A stretch of 64,000 nucleotides of DNA from Squalus acanthias (Eukaryota). How positions within the stretch are numbered: position 1 is the stretch's first letter; the number at the start of each line of letters is the position of its first letter. The stretch spans positions 1,364,001 through 1,428,000 of the forward strand of contig JASTWF010000036.1 of assembly GCA_030390025.1 (NCBI GenBank), read 5' to 3'. Of the stretch, positions 47,730-58,924 are shown one piece after another. The translations under genes were made by a program, and so were the position numbers. Under the pieces are notes generated by a model. It did not search any database and was not told the origin of the DNA. It worked only from the letters and a program-made list of their open reading frames with translations.

Positions 47730-48120
47730 GAATTTACAACATGGAAACAGGCCCAACCAGTCCATGTTGGTGTTTATCCTCCACACGACCAGTAGTCCTA
47801 ATCCCATGTGCCCGCCCAGTTCCCATCCTTTTGTTCCCTTTTCCTTCAACCACCTCTCTAAGCTACTCTTAAATGTTGACATAGTCTCTGCTTCAATCAC
47901 AAACTCTGGTAGTGCGTCCCACTGCCTCACAACCCTCCGTGTGAAAAAGTTTCTCCTGCTCTGTCCTAAAGCTCTTACATTTAATCTTATAGCCTCATCC
48001 TAGAGCCTTCCATCACTGGAAACGTGTCTGCATCTATCTACTCTGTCCCATCCCTTCATATTTTTAAGTATCTCTATCAAATAGGCCCTTAATCTCCTCT
48101 GCTCTAACGAAAACAGCCCC
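47730..48120 (-). mobile_element. Degenerate CR1 3' end
   Basis: WDALPEFVIEAETMSTFKSSLERWL. Confidence 0.72.
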
Positions 48121-48489
48121 GTTATTCACCTCTTGCATACACAAGATCATGCACAGCTAGGTTCGGATGAAGAAGGGCCTTCTGGTGATCTGATCCTCAT
48201 TCTTCCAGAATACCAGCCTGACCAGGGTTGAGTTGGTCGGCATATTTACTTTTTAACAGGCAATAAGCTCGATGAAAAGGGCAGCAGAAAGCATGCCACG
48301 TATAATGATTTCATCAATAAACTCTCTGCAGAATGGTTGCCATGACAGCTGTAAGCTAATGCAGGGCCTTCCAGGTCCATTGTATTTCCCATACTTTTAC
48401 CTGAGCCAGTCAGCACTGGAGATGAGTGCATTGCACAAGAGAATTGGCCGGCTTTTACAGGTCTGAGCTCATTAAAGTGGATAGGAATA

Positions 48490-48915
48490 CAGGAACATGG
48501 GAACAGGAGGAGGCCATTCAGCCCCTCGAGCCTGTTCCGCCATTCAATGAGATCATGGCTCATCTGCGATCTAACTCCATATACACGCCTTTGGCCCATA
48601 TCCCTTAATACCTTTGGTTAACAAAAAGCTATCAATCTCAGATTTAAAATTAACAATCGATCTAGCATCAATTGCCATTTGCGGAAGAGAGTTCCAAACT
48701 TCTACCACCCTTTGTGTGTAGAAGTGTTTCCTAATTTCACTCCTGAAAGGTCTGGCTCTAATTTTTAGACTATGCCCCCTGGTCCTAGAATCCCCAACCA
48801 GCGGAAATAGTTTCTCTGTATCTACCCTATCTGTTCCCCTTAATATCTTGAAAACTTCGATCAAATCACCCCTTAACCTTCTAAATTCCAGGGAATACAA
48901 CCCTAGTTTGTGTAA
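48490..48915 (-). mobile_element. CR1 3' fragment
   Basis: YSLEFRRLRGDLIEVFK...TQRVVEVWNSLP. Confidence 0.92.
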
Positions 48916-49339
48916 TGATTGGCATTACACAATTGGATGGATTGGCAGCTGAATCAGTGCCTCTGGGACAGAATAGATAGCTACGGGTGGATTCTAATAA
49001 ACTTCATTGTGTGCCAATTGTAATACACCTGAGCTCCAAGAAAGTACACCGGCTAAACTTGTGTATAGAGAGTATGCGCTATAAAAAAAAAATCACACTC
49101 GGCCAGTGAATTAAGCGCAAATGAAATCCCATAGTGTACAGTGGTGGCTCAAGTCTTTCTCTTGTTGTCTCTTCCAGCATCAGTGTGGTGTGCTGTCACG
49201 TTAGATACTGAAAATGAAATGAGAAGTACAGCTGGGCTTGTCTTAGTGAAGACAGGATCTCAGAAATATGAAGAGATGGTGAGACTGAGAAGGCCAGTGA
49301 CTTGATGCTCGATAATGTAGTTCTGCCATCAGTCTGTGC

Positions 49340-49610
49340 AATTAGAAAAAAAATAAATGGGGAATGTATTTCCCCGGGGGATGTTATTCAGCAAATGTTA
49401 GACATTTATTTTCAGAGTTTTACTTCATTTAATTGAACTACAAAGTTAGACAGCTTGAGGACACCCCGCCCCCCCCCTCCCACTATGGCCGTACCTCATA
49501 TAGAGAACAGGGTGCAGGAGTTAATATGAAGGAAACTGAGGTAGCTATTAATCGATTGCCTTTGGGTAAAGTACCAGGTTCAGTGGTTTTCAGAGAGTTT
49601 TACAAATTTA
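49340..49610 (+). pseudogene. Highly degenerate L1/Tx1-like ORF2 fragment
   Basis: ETEVAINRLPLGKVPGSVVFREFYKF resembles the L1 pre-RT motif EI..AI..L..GK.PGPDGF..EFYK.F. Confidence 0.45.
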
Positions 49611-49841
49611 ATAATAATCCCAGCAGCAGCTGCTGCTCTTGAAGACTCCTGAGGAGGAACTCAGAATAGGCCTCAGTGGGAGAGTGCAGGTCTGATGACT
49701 GAATTTCCATTTGACACTATTTTATTGCTCTTGCTGATTTCGTTTTGATTCTTCCTTCCATTTCTTTTCTGCCTCTCTTTTTTTCCTTTTCGCTTTCCCT
49801 CCTCCTCGCCTGCATTTTCACCCTTCCTGCCCCTTTGTCTC

Positions 49842-50295
49842 GGCCGTGGCTCAGTGGGTAGCACCCTCGCCTCTGAGTCAGAAGGTTGTGGGTTCAAGAC
49901 TTGAGCACAAAAATCTAGGCTGACACTGCAGTGCAGTGCTGAGGGAGTGCTGCACTGTCGGAGGTGCCGTCTCTCGGATGAGGCATTAAACCGAGGCCCC
50001 CGTCTGCTCTCTCAGGTGGACGTAAAAGATCCTATGACACTATTTCGAAGAAGAGCAGGGGAGTTCTCCCCGGTGTCCTAGCCTATATTTATGCCTCAAT
50101 CAACATCTAAAACTGTTTATCTGGTCATTATCACATTGCTGTTTGTGGGAGCTTGCTGTGCGCAAATTGGCTGCTGTGTTTCCTACATTACAACAGTGAC
50201 TACACTCCAAAAAGTACTTCATTGGCTATAAAGCGCTTTAGGACATCCGGTGGTCGTGAAAGGCGCTATAGAAATGCAAGTCTTTCTTTCTTTCT
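49842..50295 (+). mobile_element. Near full-length Deu-domain tRNA-SINE
   Basis: Head ggccgtggctcagtgggtagc...ggttcaag, Deu core, L2-like tail. Confidence 0.92.
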
Positions 50296-50672
50296 CTTTC
50301 CTTCATCCATTCTCTCTTCCTCCCTCCTTGTTCTCCTCTCTCCTCTCACTCTCCTCATTTTCTTTCTTCCTTGGTCTACCTCTCCCCCTCTCTCTCTTCC
50401 TCTCTGTCTCGCTCCCTTTCTTCCTCTCCCCCTCTTTCTTTCCTAACCCTCCTTCTCTCTTCCTTCCTCTCCTTATCATTCCCTCTCTTCCTTCTCCTTT
50501 CCTCCCCCCTCTCTCTCTCTCATCACTCCCTCTCTTTGTTTTCCCACTGACTTTTCCTCCCCTCCCTCTTATATCCTCTCTCCCTCTCCTTTCCTCCCCT
50601 CTCTTTCCAGCCTCTTTCCCTTCCTCCCATTTGCCCTCCATTCCTTCTTCCTCTATCTCCTTTCCTTTCTCA
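50281..50672. repeat. CT-rich low-complexity tract adjoining the SINE tail
   Basis: Begins directly at the SINE tctttctttc tail. Confidence 0.9.
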
Positions 50673-51429
50673 TCCTACAAAATCTACTGGAAGTGCTGTT
50701 AGCACTCAGTCTGTAGGTTGATGTGGTTGAATACACATCTCTCAGCTATTAGTTCATAAGTAGTGACTTGGACTCCTGAAATCCTGTCATTCAAAGTCAA
50801 TCCACTTCTCACTTGGATTGTTGGATGTAGTACCATGTGATAGTGAAGTGCTCTCTTGATACTAAGAATAAACTGGCATTCTCTCTTAACAATCTCTTGG
50901 GTTGCACTTCCTGTGAACAGAGCACATTAACAGTAATTTTGATGAAAATAGAGAGGATAGACATTCTCTCAGCAAATGACCAGTGAGGAAAGAAAATGAG
51001 GGAGATAGAAATAGTGAACAGAACTGTACAACCTGGTGGACTTTTCAAAGGGCTGATGGTTATCAGACCATTCAAGACTACTTTTCAGTATTGCGCAGTA
51101 CATTGAGCACAGTCGATAGTCTGACAGCAAGCTCTGTCTCTTAATGCAGAAAATATCTTTGGTGCAGTCACTGAGCTTTTTTTTAAACAAACACCTTTTC
51201 AGAATTCAGGCTTTGGTTCAATCTATACTTAATGGGTTTCCTGTTCTCCTGGATTACTACACACGCACACTGGTTTGGGACTGAGAGCAGTCGTGCCCAG
51301 ATGGAATGGTTTTTCAATAATAAGGGGGATTCCGCACTCCCAGCCAGGGAGTGTGCCTCAGCAAACAGCGGGTGATTTCCGGAGGTACCCTCTCTGAGAG
51401 CACTGGAACATGGAATCACCCCGATTATC

Positions 51430-51950
51430 TTTGTCACCTCCAGACTTGATTAATCTAATGCTCTCCTGGCCGGCCTCCCATCTTCCACCCTCTGCAAACG
51501 CTAGCTCATCCGAAATTCTGCTGCCCATGTCCTAACTCGCACCAAGTCCCGTTCACTATCACCCCTGTGCTCGCTGACCTACATGGGCTCCTGGTCCACC
51601 AACGCCTCGATTTTAAAATTCTCATCCTTGTGACCAAATCCCTCCATGGCCTCCTCGCCCCTCTCTATCTCTGTAACCTCCTCCAGCCCTCCAAGATCTC
51701 TGCGCTCCTCCAATTCTGACCTCCTACGCATCCCTGAGTTTAATCGCTCCACCATTGGTGGCCGTGCCTTCAGCTGCCAAGGCCCCAATCTCTGGAATTC
51801 CCTCCCTAAACCTCTCCGCCTCTCTACCTCTCTCTCCTCCTTTAAGACTCTCTTTCAAACCTACCTCTTTGACCAAGCTTTTGGTCACCTGCCCAAATAT
51901 CTCCTTATGTGGCTCGGTGTCAAATTTTGTCTGATAACACTCCTGTGAAA
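51430..51950 (+). mobile_element. L2 LINE 3' fragment
   Basis: Colinear with 59480-59990; GGRAFSCQGPNLWNSLP. Confidence 0.88.
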
Positions 51951-52191
51951 CTAACAACTAAAAAACATTCTGTGGAAATTCTTGGTGTAGCAGAGATACT
52001 GTGACTACCACAGTGCAAATAGGCCCCAGTTTTAGCAGACTATTTTGAGTGATGTTCCTACTTGCTCCACTTAATTTGCTCTCCCAATTGTTCCAATCTG
52101 GTCACAGCACCCTTCTTAATATAGCGGAGCAAACCGTTCTGTGACTGAACCCCAAGAATTTGTAGCCCGCTCATTTCTGCTGCAGCATTTT

Positions 52192-52835
52192 TGGACCAGT
52201 CACATAAATACTGTGGCAACAAGAGCAGGTCAGAGGCTGGGTATTCTGCGGCGAGTGTCTCACCTCCTGACTCCCCAAAGCCTTTCCACCATCTACAAGG
52301 CACAAGTAAGGAGTGTGATGGAATACTCTCCATTTGCCTGGATGAGTGCAGCTCCAACAACACTCAAGAAGCTCGACACCATACAGGACAAAGCAGCCCG
52401 CTTGATTGGCACCCCATCTACCACCTTAAACATTCATTCCCTCCACCACCGGTGCACCGTGGCTGCAGTGTGTACCGTCTACAAGATGCACTGCAGCAAC
52501 TCGCCAAGGCTTCTTCGGCAGCACCTCCCAAACCCTGCGACCTCTTCCACCTAGAAGGACAAGGGCAGCAGGCGCATGGGAACACCACCATCTCCAAGTT
52601 CTCCTCCAAGTCACACACCATCCTGACTTGGAAATATATCGCCGATCCTTCATCGTCGTTGGGTCAAAATCCTGGCACTCCCTCCCTAACAGCACCGTGG
52701 GAGTACCTTCACCACACGGACTGCAGCGGTTCAAGGCGGCGGCTCACCACCACCTTCTCAAGGGCAATTAGGGATGGGCAATAAATGCTGGCCTTGCCAG
52801 CGACACCCACATCCCATAACCGAATAAAAAAAAAA
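52192..52835 (+). mobile_element. CR1-group LINE 3' fragment with A-rich tail
   Basis: WTSHINTVATRAGQRLGILRR...IYKAQVRSVMEY...LDTIQDKAARLI. Confidence 0.88.
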
Positions 52836-53194
52836 GTAGAACTGATCCAATGTTGTGAAATCCCCTTGAGATTGGAGGCAAATCTCGTTATTTGGGCTCT
52901 TGGCATAATTTGTCTAAAGTAAAAGGCATTTCAGGTGGTAATGTGCTCTAATCCTCATTTAGGAAAAAGATGTTGTTTAAAATCAATAAACGTTTCAACG
53001 GCTGTGTTAGTGAGTGAGATAAAAACATATCTATTTCAAGGAGCATTCTGCTTGATTAATTTCAAGAGGGAAATATCAACCGTCCTGTAGATTATTTTTA
53101 GATACATACGAACACACCACTCTGTTAGTTCCTCTTAGGAAGCGACTGAAAATGTTGCTCAGAATAGACTGCACAGAAAGTAAATATAACAACA

Positions 53195-53515
53195 GGTTTC
53201 CCCCGGCTGGGGAGTCTAGAACCAGGGGTCACAGTCTCAGGAGAAGGGGTTGGCCATTTAGGACTGAGATGAGGAGGAATTTCTTCACTCAGAGGGCGGT
53301 GAATCTTTGGAATTCTCTGCCCCAGAGGGTTGTAGAGGTTCAGTCGTTGAGTATATTCAAGGCTGAGATCGATGGATATTTGGATATTAAGGGAACCAAG
53401 GGATATGGGGCTTGGGCGGGAAAGTGGAGTTGAGGTCGAAGATCAGCTATGATCTTATTGAAAGGCTCGAGGGGTTGTATGTCCTACTCATGCTCCTATT
53501 TCTTTTGTTCTTATG
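53195..53515 (+). mobile_element. CR1 3' end
   Basis: GESRTRGHSL...RRNFFTQRAVNLWNSLP, with tail. Confidence 0.9.
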
Positions 53516-53598
53516 TAACATAGGAACAGGAGTAGCCTGTTCTGCCATTCAATTAGGTCATGCTAGGTAGGGGCTCCATTCCCCTCAAAAACTACTGA

Positions 53599-54345
53599 GG
53601 GGGAGAAATTCATTGTAGCCCCGTTTGAGGTGCTAACTTTTAAAAGTTGAGAAAATTAGCGCCACGCGCTGATGTTTTTCAACTTTTAAAAAATTCGGTT
53701 TTGCGCTCCAGGAAGGAAGTGGATCACGCGCTAAATCAGGCGCTCCTCTTCCTTCCAGAAGCCCGACAGGCAGCAGGCGGGGCGGGAGGTGAGCAGCGCT
53801 GCACACTGGGCCGTGCAGCGCTGCCGCGTTGGAAAGCTCCTTCCCTCCCTTAAAGGGAAAGGCCATCGCTGCAGGCTCTGCAAGGGCAAAACTTACCTGG
53901 TCCCCGACGGCAGCCGCGATCCGGCCTGATCAGCCCGATGCGCTGCAGCAGAGTGCCGGGCTGATCGATGGCTGGCGACGAGAGAAAAAAACCACAAACA
54001 GCATTTCAGATTTGTTTTTCACCTACCTCGGCCACCTCGCCTTTAAGTCGCCCCCGAAGTGCCCGGCCTCCCGATCGACGCCTCCTGCAGCTGTCAGTGT
54101 CATCGTCCAGCGATGCTGCAGGGGGAGGAAATGAATTTCGGGTCCGGGGCGCTGCGCAGCCGGACGACGTCACGATCTCCGGGCGCAGGAGGTCGTGGCG
54201 CTAGGGGTTACCGCCGCCACAAACCGCCAGGTGAATGTCGCAGGCGGCGGTAACATCGCCGCGCCCAGGCGCCAAGTCCTTAGCGCCCCGTTGTCGCCCC
54301 CTGGAGGTGCTAACAGGAGGCGCTAAGGCACCGAATTTCTAGCCC
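53599..54345. mobile_element. GC-rich MITE (same family as 55759-58881)
   Basis: Termini gggggagaaattc / gaatttctagccc; colinear with the arms of 55759-58881. Confidence 0.78.
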
Positions 54346-54518
54346 TCCTGTGTGAGGCCACATAGAGTTTAAAATGACAAGAGCATTTATGTTGAGTTTT
54401 TAATAAGCTTACAACCTGCCATAAGCATTTAATTCTCATTTTGTTTCAGTCAGTCATAGTGTCTTTTGTGAGCATCATAAATGTTCTGATTGTGTGGACG
54501 TCATCCTTACGGAATAGT

Positions 54519-55152
54519 GGCCGAGGAATTCGTGCGCGCCCTTTTTTTGGTCATGTGGAGAGGGTGGTGGGGGGCGGACAGGGAACGATGCCTGTGCCAG
54601 AAGGGTGAAACCCAAGATGCACCTGATATTGGGCCTTGAGCCTCATTTCCATCGAGCCGGCGAGCTGCGGAGGCCAAGAGGCAGCTCGCAGGCAACGCGC
54701 GATTGAAGGTCGGGCTGTTGCTAGTGTCACAGGTAAGTGAGGATGGGGGAGCGGGGGGCGACTAGGAAGGGAGGGCGACCGGGTCAGGAGGTAGGGGTGG
54801 TTGGGGGCCGGGGGGAGATAGCGTGGGCGATCTGGGGTGTGGGGGGGCATGGAGTGGGGGCCAGCAACAGCCCGTCTTCTTTCAATGTTGGGTCGGGGGG
54901 GAAGCACTCGTGCAAGCTCAGGGCAAACCAATCTTGCCGTGGGATCCTCAGACAGGATTTAGGCCCCTTATTTGCATATGCAAAGGTCCCAACGCCTGTT
55001 TCAGGCATGCCGATTTTTTGGCCTTGACCAATATGGCGGGCGGCACACTGCCAGCTCCTAATGGACGTGCGCTTCCCGCTCGCCATATTGGAGGCTCAGG
55101 AGGTTGTTTAGTGCCCGAAAAACAGGTGCTGCACGGCCAACTTTCTAGGCCC
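54519..55152. mobile_element. Probable GC-rich MITE
   Basis: Weak TIRs ggccgaggaatt / aactttctaggccc; GC-rich block bounded by AT-rich DNA. Confidence 0.45.
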
Positions 55153-55304
55153 TTGTCTGAGTTACAACAATAATAATGAAACATCTCCGTTCTCAACAAA
55201 GTGTTGCTCCAGTCATTGTTCCTAGAATGAGTCACCCACAGTGAAGTGCAGTTTGGCTCAATCGAATCCTGCTCATTCTCGTCCAGCACAAAGCAAAAAA
55301 AATA

Positions 55305-55480
55305 CCAGATGATCTGGTCATTTAACAGATTGCTGTTTGTGAGATCTTGCTGTGCGCAAATTGGCTGCCGTGTCTCTTACATTACAACAGTGATGACACT
55401 GCAAAAGTACTTCATTGGCTGTAAAGCGTTTTGAGACGTCCTGTGGCCGTGAAAGGCGCTGGAGAAATGCAAGTCTTTCT
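55305..55480 (+). mobile_element. Deu-domain SINE 3' fragment
   Basis: ttgctgtgcgcaaattggctgccg...aaatgcaagtctttct. Confidence 0.85.
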
Positions 55481-56841
55481 TTACGGAAGTTTATTTGGTC
55501 ATGGAAATCAATCAAGTCATCAGTCAGGGCCGTAACGCACAGGCAGCAGCCCGAGTGGATCTATGCTGTCCATTTTTTGGAAAAGTTGTGCGACGAGCTG
55601 ATTTGTCTTCAAATTTATTTGTTTCTCAGTAAAGTCATTTTTTTTGACAAAGCTAGCAAATCTCTCATGATGTTGCTCACAGTGGACGTGCTGTTTTACA
55701 ATGATAGGCTATTATACCATGAAATATAGAATGTATTATTCTGCTGCTGGAATATGTAGGGGGAGAAATTTGGGGCGCTAACTTTTAAAAGTTGAGAAAA
55801 TTAGCGGCAGGCGCTAATGTTTCTCACCTTTTAAAAAATTCGGTTTTGCGCTCCAGGAAGGAAGTGGAGCATGCGCTAAATCAAGCTCCACTTCCTTCCT
55901 GGAGCGCAACAGGCAGGGCGGTAGGTTCTGCAGCGTTGCACACTGGGCCGTGCAGCGCTGCCGCGTTGGAAGGCTCCTTCCCTCCCTTAAAGGGAAGGGC
56001 CATCGCTGCAGGCTCTGCAAGGGAAAGCAGCTTATCTGGTCCCCGACGGCAGCCGCGATCCGACCCGATCAGCCCGATGCGCTGCAGCAGAGTGCCGGTC
56101 TGATCGAGCGCTGGGGAAAGAAGGAAAAAAAACCCAGAAATCGAGCATTTGAGATTTTTTTTCCACTTACCTCGCCCCCGAACTCCCGATGAACGCCTCC
56201 TGCAGCTGCCGGTGTTTTCGCCCGGTGATGCTGCAGGGGGCGGAACCAAAGGTCGGGTCCAGGGCGTGTAGGGGGTGGTGGTTTGTGTCAGCTTCACCTC
56301 TGACTTCTGAGCGGTTCGAATCGCTCCCACTCCCTTGGTTCTAGACCTTGGACTTATTTGGGGGTTGTGACAAAAAGTGCAGCAGACAACTGGTTTTGAT
56401 GCAAGAACTTTGATCTTTATTCAAGAAAGTAAAACACAACACAAACACTCTTAACACTCTAAAAGTGGGGAACACTTCGGTACAAGCGAGGGAAATAACA
56501 TTCGAAGAATACTTCACCCCTCCCAATCCCACTTCACAAGCTAAGTTGGACTCTGGAGAACCAGGGATAATGCTCACCAAACGAATCCTTGACAGTTGAG
56601 ATGGTTGGCGGTTTCGGGGTTCGCTGGATTGGATTTATCGGGTGAGTACCCACTTTTCTTTGGTTAGAGGTAGGGTTTAGAGTCCTTTTAAGTAAAAAGT
56701 TTCGTAAGGCCCTTGTTGCCGCGAGGTGTCCGATGGTCACTGAGGCGGTCGCTCTGGTTTCTTCTTGCGTGTCGGCCTGCTTCTGGAGCTGCTGGCCTTC
56801 TTTGTTGAACTTCTTTCTGTTGCCCCCTCGCCTTGTTGAAC

Positions 56842-57570
56842 GCTCGACTCGTCGATCGACAGTTCCGACGGGCCACAGCGAAAAACCGCATAGACCTCCT
56901 CAGAAGACGAACACGGGACACAACCAACAGAGTACCCTACGTCGTCCAGTACTTCCCCGGAGCGGAAAAACTACGCCATGTTCTTCGCAGCCTTCAACAT
57001 GTCATCGATGACGACGAACACCTTGCTAAGGCCATCCCCACGCCTCCACTACTCGCCTTCAAGCAGCCGCCTAACCTCAAAAGTACCATCGTTCGCAGCA
57101 GATTACCCATCTTTCAGGAGAACAGCAACCAAGACAGCACACAACCCTGCCACGGCAACCTCTGCAAGACATGCCAAATCATGGACACAGATACCATCAT
57201 TACACGTGAGGACACTACCCACCAGGTACACGGTACATACTCATGTGACTCGGCCAACGTTGTCTACCTGATACGTTGCAGTAAAGGATGCTCCAGAGCA
57301 TGGTACATCGGCGAGACCATGCAGACACTGAGACAACGTATGAACGGACACCGCGCAACAATCGCCAGGCAGGAGGGTTGCCTCCCAGTCGGGGAACACT
57401 TCAGCAGCCAGGGGCATTCAGCCTCGGATCTGCGGGTAAGCGTTCTCCAAGGCGGCCTTCGAGATACACGACAGCGCAAAATCATAGAGCAGAAACTGAT
57501 AGCCAAGTTCCGCACTCATGAGGATGGCCTCAATCGCGATATCGGGTTCATGTCACGATACAGAACGTGA
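56842..57570 (+). CDS. Penelope-like ORF C-terminal part (Cys linker plus GIY-YIG)
   Basis: PCHGNLCKTC, NVVYLIRC, WYIGET, DGLNRD; differs from the 33900-35417 copy at few residues. Confidence 0.9.
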   Translation, partial: ARLVDRQFRRATAKNRIDLLRRRTRDTTNRVPYVVQYFPGAEKLRHVLRSLQHVIDDDEHLAKAIPTPPLLAFKQPPNLKSTIVRSRLPIFQENSNQDSTQPCHGNLCKTCQIMDTDTIITREDTTHQVHGTYSCDSANVVYLIRCSKGCSRAWYIGETMQTLRQRMNGHRATIARQEGCLPVGEHFSSQGHSASDLRVSVLQGGLRDTRQRKIIEQKLIAKFRTHEDGLNRDIGFMSRYRT

Positions 57571-57789
57571 CTTGACATCATGGCCGGTCTTCCCAGGTGT
57601 TTTTTTTTTTTAAAAGACTAACACAAGAACACAAATTGACAGGATATGCAGCCAGCAGGTGGTTTGACACGTTGGACCCCCTGGGACACATCTCATTGTC
57701 TTGGCTGTGCTCTTTGTTGTAGGGAATAATGTGAATAGATTTTGTCTGGGTTTAAATTGTGAATTCTGGGAGATTCTCTCATTGCTAAC

Positions 57790-57828
57790 TTACCTGACGA
57801 AGGAGCGAACTGCTTCGAAAGCTTGTAA
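57790..57828 (+). ncRNA. Putative minimal hammerhead ribozyme in PLE 3' region
   Basis: UUAC-CUGACGA-A-GGAGC-GAACU-GCUUC-GAAA-GC-UU-GUAA. Confidence 0.7.
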
Positions 57829-58924
57829 AATTAAATAAATCTGTTGGACTATAACCTGGTGTTGTGCGACTTCTCATTTTTGTCTTCTTCAGAGCTGTGG
57901 AACTGCCTTCTTGCAGAACTGTGGAACTGCCTTCTGCCTGCTTGTTGAACTTGTTTCTGTTGAACTGTGTACGGTTGTACTGGAGAACTCGAACTGTTGT
58001 AACTGTGTAACTGCTGTCCTGGCTGTGTGACTCCTGTGCTTCTCCTGTCCTGCTTGTTGCTTGAACTTGAGAAAAGCAGGCCTTCAATTATACTAATTGA
58101 AGCCTCCTTTGTTGCACGCCAAATCAAATCCCGGTCATTGTAAGATTTTGGAGGGCTCGTTAACAGTAACTGGTTTGTAAATGTGTGAAGTGGTTTCGGG
58201 GATGGCTCCATCCTGTTGATCTGTCGTTTAATCGGAGTTTGATTGTTCTTATGTTTTGGGTTTCTTGGTTGGGCCTGTAATTTCTATAGGGTAAGCCGAA
58301 GTAATTTGTTTTATGCATGTCTTAATGGGCTCTGTAGCTTGGGGTGGAGACTGTTTTCCTCGGGTTTATTGTTAGGATGCTAATGTCTGATAGGGGCTGA
58401 TTTACACTTCCAGCGAGATCATGTGGTTCCCCAGACAGTTCCCATTAGCTCCAATACCCAAACTATTTTTACAGAGGTTGTTCCCACCTTCCTTCACAGC
58501 CTTTTCTCCCCTACAAGCCCAGACATGTTTTAAAAATACCAAAATCTTGGTTTTTGCTCGAAAAGTCCTTCGGTTAGGCTCAATGCACTTCACCACCCTG
58601 CAATAGCTAGGAAAGAGTCCAAAGTCTTTTTCCTTAGGGGTTTTCTTAGAGTTTAGGGGGATCTGTGAATTTTGAGAATCTTACAGGCGCTACCGGGGCG
58701 ATGACGTCACGATCTCCGGGCGAAGGAGGTCGGGGCGCAACGCCGTACCGCCGCCGCAAACCTCCCGCCGAATTTAGCGGGAGCCGATATTCTTGCCGCA
58801 CCCGGGCGGTAAGTGGTTAGCGCCCCGTTATCGTCCCCCAAAGGCAATAACGGGAGGCGCAAAGGTACCCAATTTCTCCCCATTAATGTATTATTCTGCT
58901 GCTGGGTGGGACTGCACTCGCCCG

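Larger units (their letters stand above)
56840..57884 (+). mobile_element. Penelope-like element family 1, 5'-truncated (GIY-YIG region plus 3' UTR)
   Basis: Nearly identical to the reverse complement of 33576-34635. Confidence 0.94.
56267..58685. mobile_element. Solo LTR (ERV or Gypsy), ~1.37 kb after removing the nested PLE
   Basis: TGTA...TACA termini; 4-bp TSD ggcg (56263-56266, 58686-58689); minus-strand AATAAA about 150 bp from the 56267 end. Confidence 0.78.
55759..58881. mobile_element. GC-rich MITE split by a solo LTR
   Basis: TIRs ggggagaaattt / aatttctcccc; the two halves join to match the intact copy at 53599-54345. Confidence 0.82.

Noticed and set aside
49842..49900. tRNA gene
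   Set aside because: The A/B boxes are the tRNA-derived head of a SINE and continue into the Deu core; no complete cloverleaf.
50250..50702. Leu/Ser/Pro/Phe-rich ORF
   Set aside because: CT-rich low-complexity tract adjoining a SINE tail.
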